A stretch of 64,000 nt of DNA from Eledone cirrhosa (Eukaryota), in contig OZ024742.1 of NCBI GenBank assembly GCA_964016885.1, positions 57,660,001-57,724,000 on the forward strand. The letters are read 5' to 3'. The notes under the pieces are model-generated. The model saw only the letters and a program-made list of their open reading frames with translations. It ran no database searches and was not told the origin of the DNA. Numbering within the stretch: position 1 is the stretch's first letter; every line of letters begins with the position of its first letter. The position numbers were made by a program, and so were the translations under genes. Positions 12,130 through 24,544 of this stretch are shown here, one piece after another.

Positions 12130-12227
12130 AAATGATAGCGTACATGAAGAAATAGAAGAGATTCATATAGAGCCGAGTATGGATTTTTGAAGCTCGCACT
12201 AACAACAGCAATGATGATCTTGTCTAT

Positions 12228-12307
12228 TTAGAACCTTTGGATTGCCTCATCAATAGAATCAACATGATCTTTCAAACATTTCCATTGCTCCAAGTTCAGA
12301 CTGATAC
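12228..12307 (-). CDS. SUB1: SUB1 last coding exon
   Basis: 80 nt, (G)[28 protein letters not shown]. Confidence 0.97.
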
Positions 12308-15177
12308 CTACAAAAATAAAAATAATAATGAAGATTTCTTTTATAATAAAAATAATAATTCTAATATTGCCACAAGGCCAGCAATTTGGGAAAAGGGAAA
12401 GTCGATTATATTGACTCAAGTACTCAACTTTATTTTATCAACAATGGAAGGACGAAAGGCAAAGTTGACCTTGGCAGCATTTGAACTCCAAATGTAAAGT
12501 GCCTAAACAAATACCGTAATGACATTTTATCTGACGCTCTGGTAATTCTGCTAATCCATCATAATAATTGTTTCTACTTTTGGCACAAGGCCAGCAATTA
12601 CCCAGTGCATTACTGATAATAATATATATAAAAACAAAACGCACCCAGTCCACCCTGTGGTGGTCATATTGGTGACACAAGAGAGCATCCAGTCCACACT
12701 GTAAAGTAGTTCTGCTGGTGATAGCAAAATAAAGCACTCAGTCCACCCGGTTAAATAGTTGTTTTGGTGCCACAAAAAGCACACATTCCACACTGTAACA
12801 TGCTTGACGTTAGGAAGGGCAACCAGCCATAGAAACCAAGACAAAATACAGATCCATGAGCAAAATGTGGTCACTTGACCTGATTTGTTTCATAATGTAA
12901 CAAACTGTCTAATCCATGCAACCATGGAAAATGGATATTGAACAATGATGATATCAATGAAAACAACTAGGCAAAATCTAGAACATATATCAATTTTCAC
13001 AAAGATAACACTGTGACATCCTAACTATTGTGACATCCTAACTATTGTGCACATTATATGTTCATGCAGAACCCCCTAACTATCGGGTTAGTGGGTGCAC
13101 ATAATTAGCTCAAAGTGAGTACAAAAGAAAACATGATAATGTTGAAAATATATTCACTGGCAACTGTATGGGATTGCACAGAAACCAGAGGGTGTGATTG
13201 AGACTGAAAATTTTATGATATAATGTGACCAACCGGTGGAGCACAAAAAAGCCAGATATTGTCTTTAAAGATAAACATCAGAATAAAGTCCTAATCATTG
13301 ACATTGCTGTACCGACAGAGTGAAAGAAAATTGACAGGTATAAACCAATGGAAGAAATACAGCACATGTGGATTATGAATACCACTGTTGTACTGAGGGT
13401 AGTAGGTACCTTGGGTGCCGTTTCAGATATTTTTTTAAGGTCATATAGGTTGACTGGGTGTGAAAATAGAAAAGAAAGTCATTCAAAAAAACAGTTTTAC
13501 TGAGCATAGCTAGGATACTGCAGAAAATCTTGTCTCTATAGGCAATGAGGGAAGGATCCACATAACCAGTGACACCAGTTTGTATGGAAAACAAACCAGA
13601 TATGTAACACCAATTGTCTGGGCTAATGTTCATTAAATAAATCAATGAAGACATCTGTCCAAAATCCAGTATAGCTTGTTAGTCAAACAATATATATTTG
13701 GACCTATATTTTAACACTTTTGATAACAACCTGGCTAAAACTGCTCTGGTTCTAAGAAACTAAACCACCCACTTTAAAAAGTTCCTATTTAAATTAAAAT
13801 CTTCAAGCATAATTTTATATAGAAAACATTACTATCTATTATCAACATTTATATTAAATAAATTTAAAAAACAGTTGTTTTACAAAGTCAGTTTAAATTC
13901 CCAATTTCAAAATCCTTGCATGTGTAAGAGATGACCAAAACAGTTGTGATTAGGAAGGGCATCCAGTTGTAAAACATTGACTGAAAATATCATATCCAAC
14001 AGCATAGATTAAAAAAATAGACATAAAATTGATAATCATGATTCTATAAAATCTGTTAATATACCTTTCTTCCCAGGCTTCAATTCACCATCGGCTTCAT
14101 AATATTCACGAATTCCAACCATCACTTTGCCTCGAAATTCACTGACTGTAGCATATCTCATCTTTGATAACTAAAAGAGTGGCAAATAAAATTGGAGGTG
14201 ATTTTTGTTATTTTTGTGGGTTTTAAATAAAAGAAACAGTAAAATATTAAATGAAGTGATAATTTAATTTATATTTTATCCTTTTGATGTATAAATTCCT
14301 TAAGTCACAGGGTCATATCATTGAGATGTTTGAGCTCATTTGGGGGTGGGGACTTAAGGCATTTTCATTATAACAACCAAAAGACTGTACACACCTGAAA
14401 CATATTTTCATCTCCATCGCCAGAAGATTTGGCTTTCTTTTCTGGCTTTTTTTCTGGTTTCTTTTCTGGCTTCTTTTTCTTACCCACAGGCTACATTGAC
14501 AGAGAGATGACAGACCTCATTTACATTAACAGAAAGATGAGACATCATTTACATTAACAGAGAAACAGACCAAAGCTACATTAACAGAGAGAGACAACAG
14601 ACCAAAGCTACATTAACAAAGAGACAACAGACATGAAAGCAAGCTTAATTAATAATGTAGACACATGGTGCACACATACACACATATACAACAGGCTTCC
14701 TCATTTTCTGTCTCCCAAATCCAGTCCATGTAAGAAACACTTACCCAAGATGCCACTCAGAGGAATTAAATTTAAAAAGATGTGATTGTGAAGCATCTCT
14801 AAATATACACAGTTTGGAGTTCTATTCCACTACATGGCAAATACCACTTAGACTGACCAAGGTCTTGTAAGCGAATTAAGTGGAAACAGTAAGGTTGTCA
14901 TATAATTGAATGAGCGTATATGTGCATATGTCTTTCTCCATCTTTGCTTCACATTCGACAGTTCAAGAGGTGGTAATGTACTGTAGATCAGCACCTTAGA
15001 AAAACAAAATAGTGTTAAGTGAAGAAAGGCACCTCACCATGGAATACTGCCTCAACCATAGTGGTTATGGTGACCAAAATGATACATAGAAGGGAGAGGA
15101 AGGTAACTTACTGTTCTATCATCAGGACCACTATCACTTTCACTATCAGAGTCTGAAAGGTTCTTGTGCTTCGGCAT
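12228..15177 (-). CDS. SUB1: Activated RNA polymerase II transcriptional coactivator p15 (PC4), 115 aa, 4 coding exons
   Basis: join(15177-15112,14490-14395,14170-14065,12307-12228); GT-AG introns in phases 0,0,1. Protein [115 protein letters not shown] matches PC4 as recalled ([40 protein letters not shown]). Confidence 0.97.
12370..12555 (-). mobile_element. tRNA-derived SINE (Meta-domain-like), degenerate
   Basis: Homologous to 48964-49152. Confidence 0.65.
13055..13545 (+). mobile_element. Dong/R4-clade LINE C-terminal remnant (restriction-like endonuclease)
   Basis: [21 protein letters not shown]; [21 protein letters not shown]; VVGTLGAV; IQKTVLL. Confidence 0.8.
14065..14170 (-). CDS. 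SUB1: SUB1 coding exon 3 (ssDNA-binding domain)
   Basis: 106 nt, [35 protein letters not shown]. Confidence 0.97.
14395..14490 (-). CDS. SUB1: SUB1 coding exon 2 (Lys-rich KPEK repeats)
   Basis: 96 nt, AG/GT bounded, [14 protein letters not shown]. Confidence 0.93.
14491..14636. repeat. ~30-bp minisatellite derived from the SUB1 3' splice-site region
   Basis: Five units of (c/t)tacattaacagagaga..cagac starting exactly at the acceptor. Confidence 0.8.
15112..15177 (-). CDS. SUB1: SUB1 coding exon 1 (Ser/acidic N-terminus)
   Basis: ATG at 15177; donor GTAAGT; upstream acceptor ...cattgcag at 15189-15190 implies a non-coding upstream exon. Confidence 0.92.
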
Positions 15178-15904
15178 ATTTTCTAAATCTGCAATGATGA
15201 GAGAAAGAAAGAGTAAGCAGCTGCTTCGACTCGCTTACCATATTTTTACTGAAATCCACAGCTTATGCATTTCTATTAGTTTTGAAAAAAAAGATTGGTG
15301 GAATTTAGTAAAATCATTAAATTTTCTATTAGCTGATGTTGGAAACAACAAAAATTTCTTACATAAAACTAAGATAGAATGTTTCCCTTTTCATATCAAA
15401 CTACCTTGTTTTTACTAAACAAAGCTGTGTTTTTTAAAAGGGTCTATTGTATCTAAAAATTTACATCATTATTCTATGCAAGAAAATTTATGTCCCAAAC
15501 AAACACTAGCTTAATAGCAAGAAAGTTAATTATAGCTTTGGGTTGCTCAATGCCTTGAGAATGGATTTTGGTGATGGGAAACTGAAATACTGTCAAACCC
15601 TTGGTGGAGGCACACATCCACAAAAAAAAAATATAAAGATGTAAGTAACGGTAACAATATTTTTGCTTTACGAAGCAAGGAATCCATTTAAATTCGATTA
15701 TATTTCCTTATACATACCGAAAGAAGCCATTGATATGGCTACCTTTATTACAGACAAGGAACTCAATGATAGTGGGTTGGATGAGGTCAAACAATATCAG
15801 AGTAGTCAATACATCTACAACAGTGGTCAACCTAGCAGTCCATCAGGAAAATGGACAACGGGTGTGCTTCACTGAGACCACTGCTCATCAGTTGACACAA
15901 GCAC

Positions 15905-17681
15905 CACCTAACACTAGTTTTTTTTTTTAATTCTACCAGAATGATGAATTTGCTCAATCCCCCCTGTATGCTGAGAACCAAATATACTTCACCTGGACAA
16001 ATTGCAAGACCAGGAATCGAAGGAAGCAGGGACATTTAGTGGAAGGTCATGAATTCAAAGCAAGTGATGCTATTGGGCATGTTTACAATGTCACCCTAAC
16101 AACAGCAAATGTTTTTATTTACAACAACTACTGTATACTGTTCAAGGACCAACGTCATTTGAGGATCTCAGGTGCTTCAGTGGAAGGGTGTGAACAACAT
16201 ACCAAGAAGCATGTAAACAGCATGGACTCCTGCTTAACAATGGACATTGTTAGAAGACTCTAGAAGAAGCAGCAGTCAGTCAATAGCCAGTCAAATAAGA
16301 CAGTTATTTGCTATTATGTTCACAGGATGTGCAATTGACAAAGCTCTACACTGGCAAGAGTACAAAAACAGTAAGTCAGACAACTATCTACAGCTAGCCT
16401 GAAGATCACATGATATGTACATGGAATACATCCCCAGGATTTGCAATCAAGCCCTCTGCAACCTGTCCGATAGAGTTTACATGATAAATAACACATTAGT
16501 TAACTGCAGGAAGCCAGAGTCAAATGAAGAAACGGAAGGAGAGCACAAGAAATGTTTCCACGATAAGTTCATGGATGAAAATGAACCCCTGTTGGATGAC
16601 CGGAAACATGCCTACCACAACATTATGAAAACATTGAAAATGAGAAAATGACCGAAGGACTTTTCTTCACTGATACTCCTGCTGGCACATTTAAGACATT
16701 CTTCATAAACCTCCAGCTTGCACAAGTTTGCCAAAGATAACATATTGCCCTTGCTGTTGCTTCAAGTAGCATTACAGCAACACTTCTGGATAAAGAAAGA
16801 ACTGCACATATTTAAGCTGCCCATAGACCTCACATGGCAAGAACTCACCCAAGTGCAAGCTCCTGCAAACATGCAAGATGATAATTTGTGATGAAGCCAC
16901 CATCAGCCATAAATGAGCAATTAAAACTTTGGACAATAAGGGATCTGAGAGAGAATATTTGCATAATGAAAAGAATTACAATGGTTCTTAGTGATTTCAG
17001 ACAAAGTCTGCTTGTAATTTCTTGAGGGACCCAAGCTGACAGGTCCATGCCTGCATTTGACTGGTGATTTAAGTGTTGATGAGTTTGCCATCCAGCTACT
17101 CAAATTGCAAAATGAACTTCTTGAAAAGGACTCCAACGACCAGATTCAGTTGTCATATATCATTAAAACAGGACAAGAACTGATTGCCAGAATCTTTCCA
17201 AACATTCAGATCGGCTAATGTGATCCCAAATGGCTCTGTGAACAAGCAATCTTAACACTGAAAAATATTACAGTGAAAAAAAAAGTCAAACAGAAGTCTA
17301 TAGGACATGTAACTGGGAGAGAAAAGATGCTACAAATCAGTAGAAACAGTCACTTCCAAGGACACGGTTCTAAACTGTCCAACTGAATTTTTGAACAGCC
17401 TGGAACTGGCAGGAATTACTCCACACAATCTAATACTAAAGCTTGAGGCATCAGTTATGTTACTTCATAATCTAGATCCTCCAAAACTTTGCAAAGGTAC
17501 AAAACTTATCATCAAAAATATGATGCAAGATAATATAGTAATTTACATAGATCCTAATATTGACAATACACATAGATCCTAATTCCTTAGCCATATAGTT
17601 TGTAAGGAATTCTGAATTCCCAACTCTACTGCATAGTGTTACTTTGGGAGAATACGCAGGCATCTCCAGGTACCTCTGCTA
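15905..17681 (+). mobile_element. Decayed Helitron Rep/Hel fragment (PIF1-like helicase)
   Basis: Degenerate Walker A (FFTDTPAGTFKTF), ALAVASSSITATLL..RTAH, PTEFLNSLELAGITPHNLILKL..LLHNLDPPKLCKGTKL; Helitron-like 3' end ccaggtacctctgctac. Confidence 0.85.
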
Positions 17682-17770
17682 CTTAAAGCAGTATAAGTGA
17701 AACCTTTGTGTGGTAGATAGACATGTAGAATTAGCAACAAAATTTCCTTCACATCTCACCCTACTGTCTT

Positions 17771-19115
17771 ATCATCATCATCAACGTTTAACGTCCGTGT
17801 TCCACGCTTGCATGGGTTTGGACGGGGGTTTTCCCACTTGAGGCAAGAGTGATTGTCTCGCTCGCATAGGACTGTCTGGCAGGTTTTCTACAGTTGGATG
17901 CCCTTCCTAACACCAACCACATTTACAGTGTGGGTCTGGGAGGTTTTTACCGTGTTGCCTACACGGCCACATTACAGCGTGGACTGTGTTTTTTTTGTCG
18001 TGACACCTACACGATCTCATTTGTTTCGGCCTGGATGGTGTGGCACCAACATAACTTTACATAGAAGGTGGCGGTGTGGATGGGGTGGTGGTGGTGGGAC
18101 GGGGGTGTATTTTGTTAGAGATGCCTACTGACTGTAGTAGGTTTTACTATGTATTTAGGTAAGGCGGGTCTTCTCTATTACTGAGTACCGCCAAAGGTCT
18201 CGGTCCAGTGACATTGTCTTGGAGAGGTGTAAGTGTGTGTGAGGTCGGAGTTTATCAGCTCGTCCCAGGTTTTTCTAGGTCTGCCTATTCCGTGGCTACC
18301 GTCTATCTTTATTGCCCTGCACTTTGTTATACAGCTATCGACTTTCATGCGCATCACGTGTCCATACCAACGTAGCCTTCTCTCGAGTAAACAACATCTG
18401 ATCCCTCTTATTTCTAATTTTTTCCTTAGTTCGTTTATGCTTTGCTGTTCACGTATATTACTATTACACATCCAGCGGAGCATGCAAGCTTCGTTCTTAT
18501 CTAGTCTGCATATATCCTCTGCACACAATGCCCAGGTCTCACTGCCATGCAACATTGCTGTTCGTATGCAGGCATCATACAACCTGCCTTTCATTTTTAG
18601 GGAGAACCCTTTAGCAGCTAATAGTGGTATAAGCTCTCTGAACTTTTTCTATCCAGTTCTGACTCTAGCTACTGTACTTTCAGAGCACCCTCCCCCACTG
18701 CTGATTTTGTCACCCAGGTAACGGAAGCTGTCCACTATTTCTATAGAGCCCTCTGCGCAGTTGAAAGAGCTAGTATTTTGTGGGCACTTGCTGCTACTTA
18801 TTGCACCAGAGCACCGGCCACATGTGAAATCTATGTTCTTAGTTAGCTTACCTGTGATCCCACTACATCTTTTATGCACCCATACTTTGCATTTCTGACA
18901 CAAAATGGAGTTTCTACCTACGCCTTTCCTACACACTGAGCATGGCCACTTCCCGGAAGGGACCGCCGCCTTATTTTCTTTCCTACAAACTAGAACTTTG
19001 GTCTTAGCCAGATTAATTTTAAGGCCTTTTGATTCTAGGCCGTGCTTCCATGTTTGGAATTTCTTCTCTAGCTCGGCCATTGATTCAGCTATGAGTGTTA
19101 GGTCGTCTGTGTATA
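17771..19115 (-). mobile_element. RTE-clade LINE with embedded PHD finger, 5'-truncated
   Basis: LYTDDL (RT); PHD-type CSVC..CQKC..HKRC..CGRC; FRYLGD; AMLHGSETW; RRLRWYGHV; GRPRKTW; (GAT)n tail. Near-identical to 53893-55118. Confidence 0.9.
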
Positions 19116-19814
19116 GTCTTATGTATGTATATATATATATATGTGAAGCAAAAATGAAAGGTTCTATGTGCAAGAAATATTAGCAAAATCAACCCCCCTC
19201 AATTCACAGCGAACTGTCTTACACACACATATACATGAGTATGTACGCCATGGAGCCATTGCTATAACCGATAGAAATCTCCCTCAAACAATGTTGGTAT
19301 ACCTGATAGAAATAGAAAACTAATCTCAAACACCATCCTACTCTCTTCGAGACAATGGTGGGTGAAAGTTAGTGTCAAAATCTAAATATACTTTCTTGAA
19401 TTACAGAAATGACTAAGTAAATGCTTCATAATAGTTCATTCATGAGCCAATGCTAACTTTGTTTTATATTTTATTTTATTTATGGTTTTCAAAATAGCCT
19501 TCAGGCGTTTTGTTTTGAATTTCGGAGGTGCAAAAAAAAAAGATTAAAAAATGTCCAAAATCTAAATGCTTTGCATTAAACAAACAATAATGAAAATTCT
19601 GCTATAATACCTACTTCAGTTGAAATAGAATAATTCTATTTCACTGGTCAAATATTTTGTAATGTACCAAAATATATTGTTACTTCCATAAAAATAACCG
19701 GGCATTGCCGGGTACCTCTGCTTTTGTTCCATACATGTAAATTTAATTATTATAGGCACATGGTCACATTTTATAAAGGCTAAATTGTGTGTGCGTGTAC
19801 ATATATATATATAC

Positions 19815-19925
19815 CTACTTCAATAGACAGCTACTAAATGTTTTATCAAAACGAGGAAAAATGAAGACAAAACAGAACGAACGTGAAGGGACGTAACTAA
19901 ATATCAAACTATTCTTCCCGCCACA
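19815..19925 (-). promoter_or_regulatory. Candidate SUB1 promoter and non-coding first exon
   Basis: E2F-like GGCGGGAA at 19915-19922, pyrimidine-rich start region, donor AG|GTATAT at 19814. Not verifiable without RNA data. Confidence 0.3.
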
Positions 19926-20565
19926 ATTAATTCGGCTCCACAATAAATTCTAACGGAAACAAGTAAATATTTATATATTTGTTCTGCAAGATTCTTGATG
20001 TGAAATTCTGTGTTGAACCAGATATTGTATATCAAGGTGGTCATGTTGCCAATAAAAACACACACTTTCACTTCAGCTTTATTACTTTTAGTTATCGGCT
20101 AGTTCGTCATACACTCTGTAACTTCCTATCAGACTGGTTAGATGTAACAAATACTTCCGAAGACCGTGAGCAGTTAATATTCCATACCCGAATATGACCA
20201 ATTAACAATACTCGGTATCCCGAATAAAAATAAAAGGAAACCAAAATTTCTATTGCCGCCAAAAAAATTGCTGAACCCAAACAAAACAACAGAACCATGG
20301 AGCAATTTAGAGTATTGAATAGTTAATGTATTTATTAATCAGTTGAAATATATTAATAAATTATGAAGTCTGAAGTATTTATTTAAACAATCGAATAGTC
20401 GGAAAATAATTTCTTCTCGAGCAGAGAAATAATGAATTTTATTTCATTCATTTAAGGCAATATGTTGGTAAATGCGAAAATAATTATATAAAAAAATGTA
20501 TTTAATTTAATCGTTCTTAAACAATGTAAACATTCTCAATTCTTGTGTAGCAAACACACACACAC

Positions 20566-20606
<41 letters not shown>

Positions 20607-20924
20607 AGAGATGTAAAAGCTCGCCCGCGGCGGCAAGCGGTTTCGGCTTGTGTTTTCAGCAACCCAATAACATGCACATGTGTTTAAAAGCCTTAGTATT
20701 TAAAATATTAACTGAATGAGCAATCAATACGTGTATGTAAATAAAGTATAAGTTATATTTTGAGAGCAATAAAGTAGCAAGGACTTCGAAGTTTCAGCTC
20801 ATTCGCTTCATCTCGAAATAGCCAGAGATTAATCTCTAATATAATAAACATATTCTCTTCAATGGTACTGAGCACGTTTCCTTCGTGTTCGCAACATACG
20901 TATATGTGTATGCATATATATATA

Positions 20925-21110
20925 TAATTAGAAAGTGAACAACACAATATATAACTACTCTATTACCAAAGGTTTCAGGACCCTAGACAATATTAATATG
21001 TCTAATGAACGATCTGTCTGATGAACGATCTAGACGTATATTAATAGTCTAGGGTCCTGAAATATTTGGTAATGGAATAGTTATATAGTGTGCTGTTCAC
21101 TTTCTAATTA
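20925..21110. repeat. ~80-bp imperfect inverted repeat (Penelope-LTR/retrozyme-like) within (TA)n
   Basis: Arms at 20925-21004 and 21031-21110. Confidence 0.9.
21013..21076 (+). ncRNA. Type I minimal hammerhead ribozyme motif (stem III partly degenerate)
   Basis: TCTGT-CTGATGA-[stem II TCTAGAC/GTCTAGG]-GAAA-TATTTG-GTA-ATGGA. The inverted copy preserves GAAACCTTTGGTA. Confidence 0.6.
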
Positions 21111-21169
21111 AATAGCTCTGTTCTATACATAGAGCACTCTTTTTTCATTTGCTTTTTCCTCGGAATTAC

Positions 21170-21209
<40 letters not shown>

Positions 21210-21552
21210 ATAAGTACGCTTTGGTTTGCAAACGAGTGAAAAGTGCTCGATAAGTAGAAAATATATATACCGCCTTATGTTTCTTATAGTTGTAATATTT
21301 AGTTATACAAATGTATCAGTAGTAAAACCCATTTGTAAACTTATTTTGTCTTAAATCACCAACACCTGGAGCACTTAATTTGTATAATTAATTTAACTGA
21401 AACGGTTTTTTGGAGGTTTTTTTAATATAAAACGCTTAAAACCCTAAATTAATTGCACTTTTCAAAAGACAAACATACATTTTTAAAAACTGCTACAAAA
21501 AATATTAATTCACATTAACAATTACTGTGTATATATATATATATATATATAA

Positions 21553-21589
<37 letters not shown>

Positions 21590-21892
21590 AACGTATATCT
21601 GGTGATACAGAAGAAAAAAAATGAGAAAGCTCTCTATACTTACATCGGAACTTCAGTGAGAAAACAACTACGGCACATGCGCACTATATTTATTAACGTT
21701 TCTGTTATCTCCCCCTGTTGTTATGAATTCTTCTTTCTTTCAAAGAAGGCATTCGTTGTGATGTTGTTGTTGGTACTGTTGGTGTGTTGGCTGAGCATTC
21801 TATTGACATGTATGGCCTTAACGTAATTCTCAGGGAGATTCAGTGTGTGTGTGACAAGGCTGGCCCTTTTAATTACAGGGACAGTGGTAAAT

Positions 21893-22639
21893 TTATAGAA
21901 CACTCCCACCCCGATCTCAGTGGGAGAATTTTTCCTCAGTTCTTTCGTGTGCTATCCACTAATCTAACCTCCAAGATGCTCGCAATCGATTTTTTTTTTC
22001 CATGAAAACAGAGAGCATGGGATGCTCCTCCCACTCCTCAGAGTTTTCTCTACAACTTTATTTTCGCATGTTATCAACAAATATTACCTCTAAACCAATC
22101 AGAAACAACTAACTTTATAGAAAGGGGGGGGGGTGCAGAAAGACCATCGGGGTTTCACAGATCTAACCCCCCCCCCCCCCCCCAATGTTTAGTGGGAAAT
22201 CATTCTTTTCCTTCTGTTTTTGTATGCACTATCAACTAATCTAACCTCCAAGATGCTTGCAATCAACTTTTTTTCGAGGAAAATGGAAACCCTAACCCTA
22301 ACATTAATCCGGGAGAAAAAAAGTTGATTTTGAACATCTTTGAGATCCGATTAGTTGATGCAGATGAAAAAAAAATGGGAAAAATAATTATTTCCCACAA
22401 AACATGAGAGGTGTATAGAACTGCAAAACTCTGATGACCTTTACCCCTCCTTTTATCTACAAAGCTAGTTGTTTCTAACTGATCTGGAGGTCAGAAAAAA
22501 TCGTAGAGAAAACTCTGAGGAGGGAGGATTACCTACCCACTCAGAACACCTTAGCGGTCATATTAGTTAATAGCACATGAAAAGGCAGAGGAAGAAAACG
22601 TTTTCCCCACTGAAATCGAAGGGAGAGGGTGTTCTATAA
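21893..22639. mobile_element. Foldback/MITE-like palindrome with ~350-bp imperfect arms
   Basis: Ends ttatagaacac / gtgttctataa; ctcagagttttctctac pairs with gtagagaaaactctgag; internal repeats in each arm. Confidence 0.75.
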
Positions 22640-22835
22640 TAATTGTTTCTACTTTAGGCACAAGGCCTGCAATTTGGAGGGAGGGAAAATCGACCCCAGC
22701 ACATTATTGGTGCTTTGTTTATCAACCCCGTAAGGATGAAAGCAAAGCTAACCATGGCAGGATTCGAACTCAGACTCTAAAGGGCCATAACTCTATGCTG
22801 CAAAGCATGGTATCCGACACTTTACCAATACTATA
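22640..22835 (-). mobile_element. tRNA-derived SINE (Meta-domain-like)
   Basis: Homologous to 48964-49152; B-box gagttcgaatcc. Confidence 0.75.
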
Positions 22836-22854
22836 CCGTATATATATATCTGAC

Positions 22855-23000
22855 AAGCTTCTAAACAGTTTCCATCTACCCAGTTTCACTAACAAGGTAT
22901 GGGGCAACTCGAGGCAATGGTAAATAACCCCCTGCCTAAGATGCCATACAGTGGGATTGAACCCAGAACCAAATGATTGTAAAGCGAATTACTTAACTAG
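22855..23000 (-). mobile_element. tRNA-derived SINE, second family (related copies at about 14690-14810 and 57115-57250)
   Basis: Minus strand ggttctgggttcaatcccactgtatggcatcttaggcagg: B-box followed by CORE-like sequence. Confidence 0.6.
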
Positions 23001-23541
23001 ATAAAAGATATTCCAACCATGGCCATTCCGTCTTTCAGCCACTATAGTAATAGTAGTAGAAGTAACAGTAGCAGCAGCAAGACATTCTTGCAATGTAAAA
23101 ACAGCACTATGACTGCATCACAAAAAATTGAAGTCTTTACTAACTTAGTTTACTGAAAACTTTTACAACAATCTGTCCACTAGTAAACATTTTAATTAAC
23201 AAATGTGTTTTTAGATATTTTCTAAGTCAGTGCAGAATGTTAAGAATTAATACTTGTGAAGAAATTTAACATGAAATTTAACATGAAATAAAGCAAAATT
23301 TAAAATTTCTAACTGATGTTTAGTAGTGAAAATCATGACTTTCTACAAATTATAAAAACTTCAAAATGACATCCAGCAATAGAAAACTTGCCAATCAAAG
23401 AGTCAGGAGGACACTTCAGTTGTGCCATAGACATGGCAAACTCCATAGTGTTGGTATTATTTTACTCTCTGTAAAATAGTTGGTATTAGGAATTGCATCC
23501 TGCCAAACAAAGGGTTGAAAATACTCTTTAACTGTGTAGAA

Positions 23542-24544
23542 CAGTGCTACTCAAAGTGGTGGTCCGCGGACCGGTGCCGGTACGTGAGCCATCAGTTACC
23601 GGTACACAGCCAGTGTCCAGGCCATGCTAAGGAATCATTTGAGGAATTGGTAGAATGTAAGGAATTTCAAGGAAATTTTAGGGTGTGACTGCTAGTTTCA
23701 GTAATTTGTCCTTATGCAATGAAACCGGGGGGGGGGGGGGGGGAAATTATATGACAATAATAGGTAAATTAACCTGATAGTAAAAATATAAGTTGATAAT
23801 ATATCATAGTTTTCTATGAAGAAAGAAAGTCAAATAACAGAAAATGGCCCGTGCAGCATCAGTTTCGGTGACTAAACGACCTACTGCAGTAAGTAAACAA
23901 CTTATCAGTTGGCTGGTGGTGACGCGTGGTACTTACCAGCTGTGGTAGAGATTATGTAAGTAAATGTAGTATATTTGTGATATTGTAATGCCGCCGAATG
24001 ATACTTTAGTCTCCCTTCAAAACCATGCTCCCTTTACTTCGGCCCATATCCTCAAATAAATTATTTCTTCCCTTAATGTAACTGTTTTCTCACGCTTAAA
24101 ATAGCCTGATTAATTCTTAACAGTAAAAAAACATTATTTACGTGGTGTTCCCTCGTTCCCATGAGTGTTATTAAGATAAAGTACAGGAATAATATGGATA
24201 TTCATTCTCCATTGCGCGTGGCACTGTCCTCAATTGAACCACGACTGGATAATCTGACAAAGAAGAACCAGGCTCACCTTTCACACTAGTAAAGATTAAG
24301 GTTATATCATTTTTATTTTTGTGTTAATAAACTGCTTGTTTTTTTTTTATTACTTTTTTATGTTTTGATATTGTATTATTTGTTTACAAAATAAATAGAA
24401 GATAAAAAATATGGTCAACTTTTATTATATTCATTATATATATCGTATCCAGTATAAATTAATATTACTACAAAATATTAGCGGTACGTGGCACATTGAA
24501 AAAAAAATGCTGGTCCGCCACATCAGATAGTTTGAGAAGCACTG
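23542..24544 (+). mobile_element. hAT-Charlie-type non-autonomous DNA transposon
   Basis: TIRs CAGTGCTACTCAAA / TTTGAGAAGCACTG; perfect 8-bp TSD GTGTAGAA (23534-23541, 24545-24552); transposase C-terminus PLRVALSSIEPRLDNLTKKNQAHLSH* at about 24209-24290. Confidence 0.93.

Noticed and set aside
22288-22302. Telomeric CCCTAA repeat near the telomere gene CTC1
   Set aside because: Only about 2.5 units inside a foldback repeat; no evidence of a functional link or an interstitial telomere.
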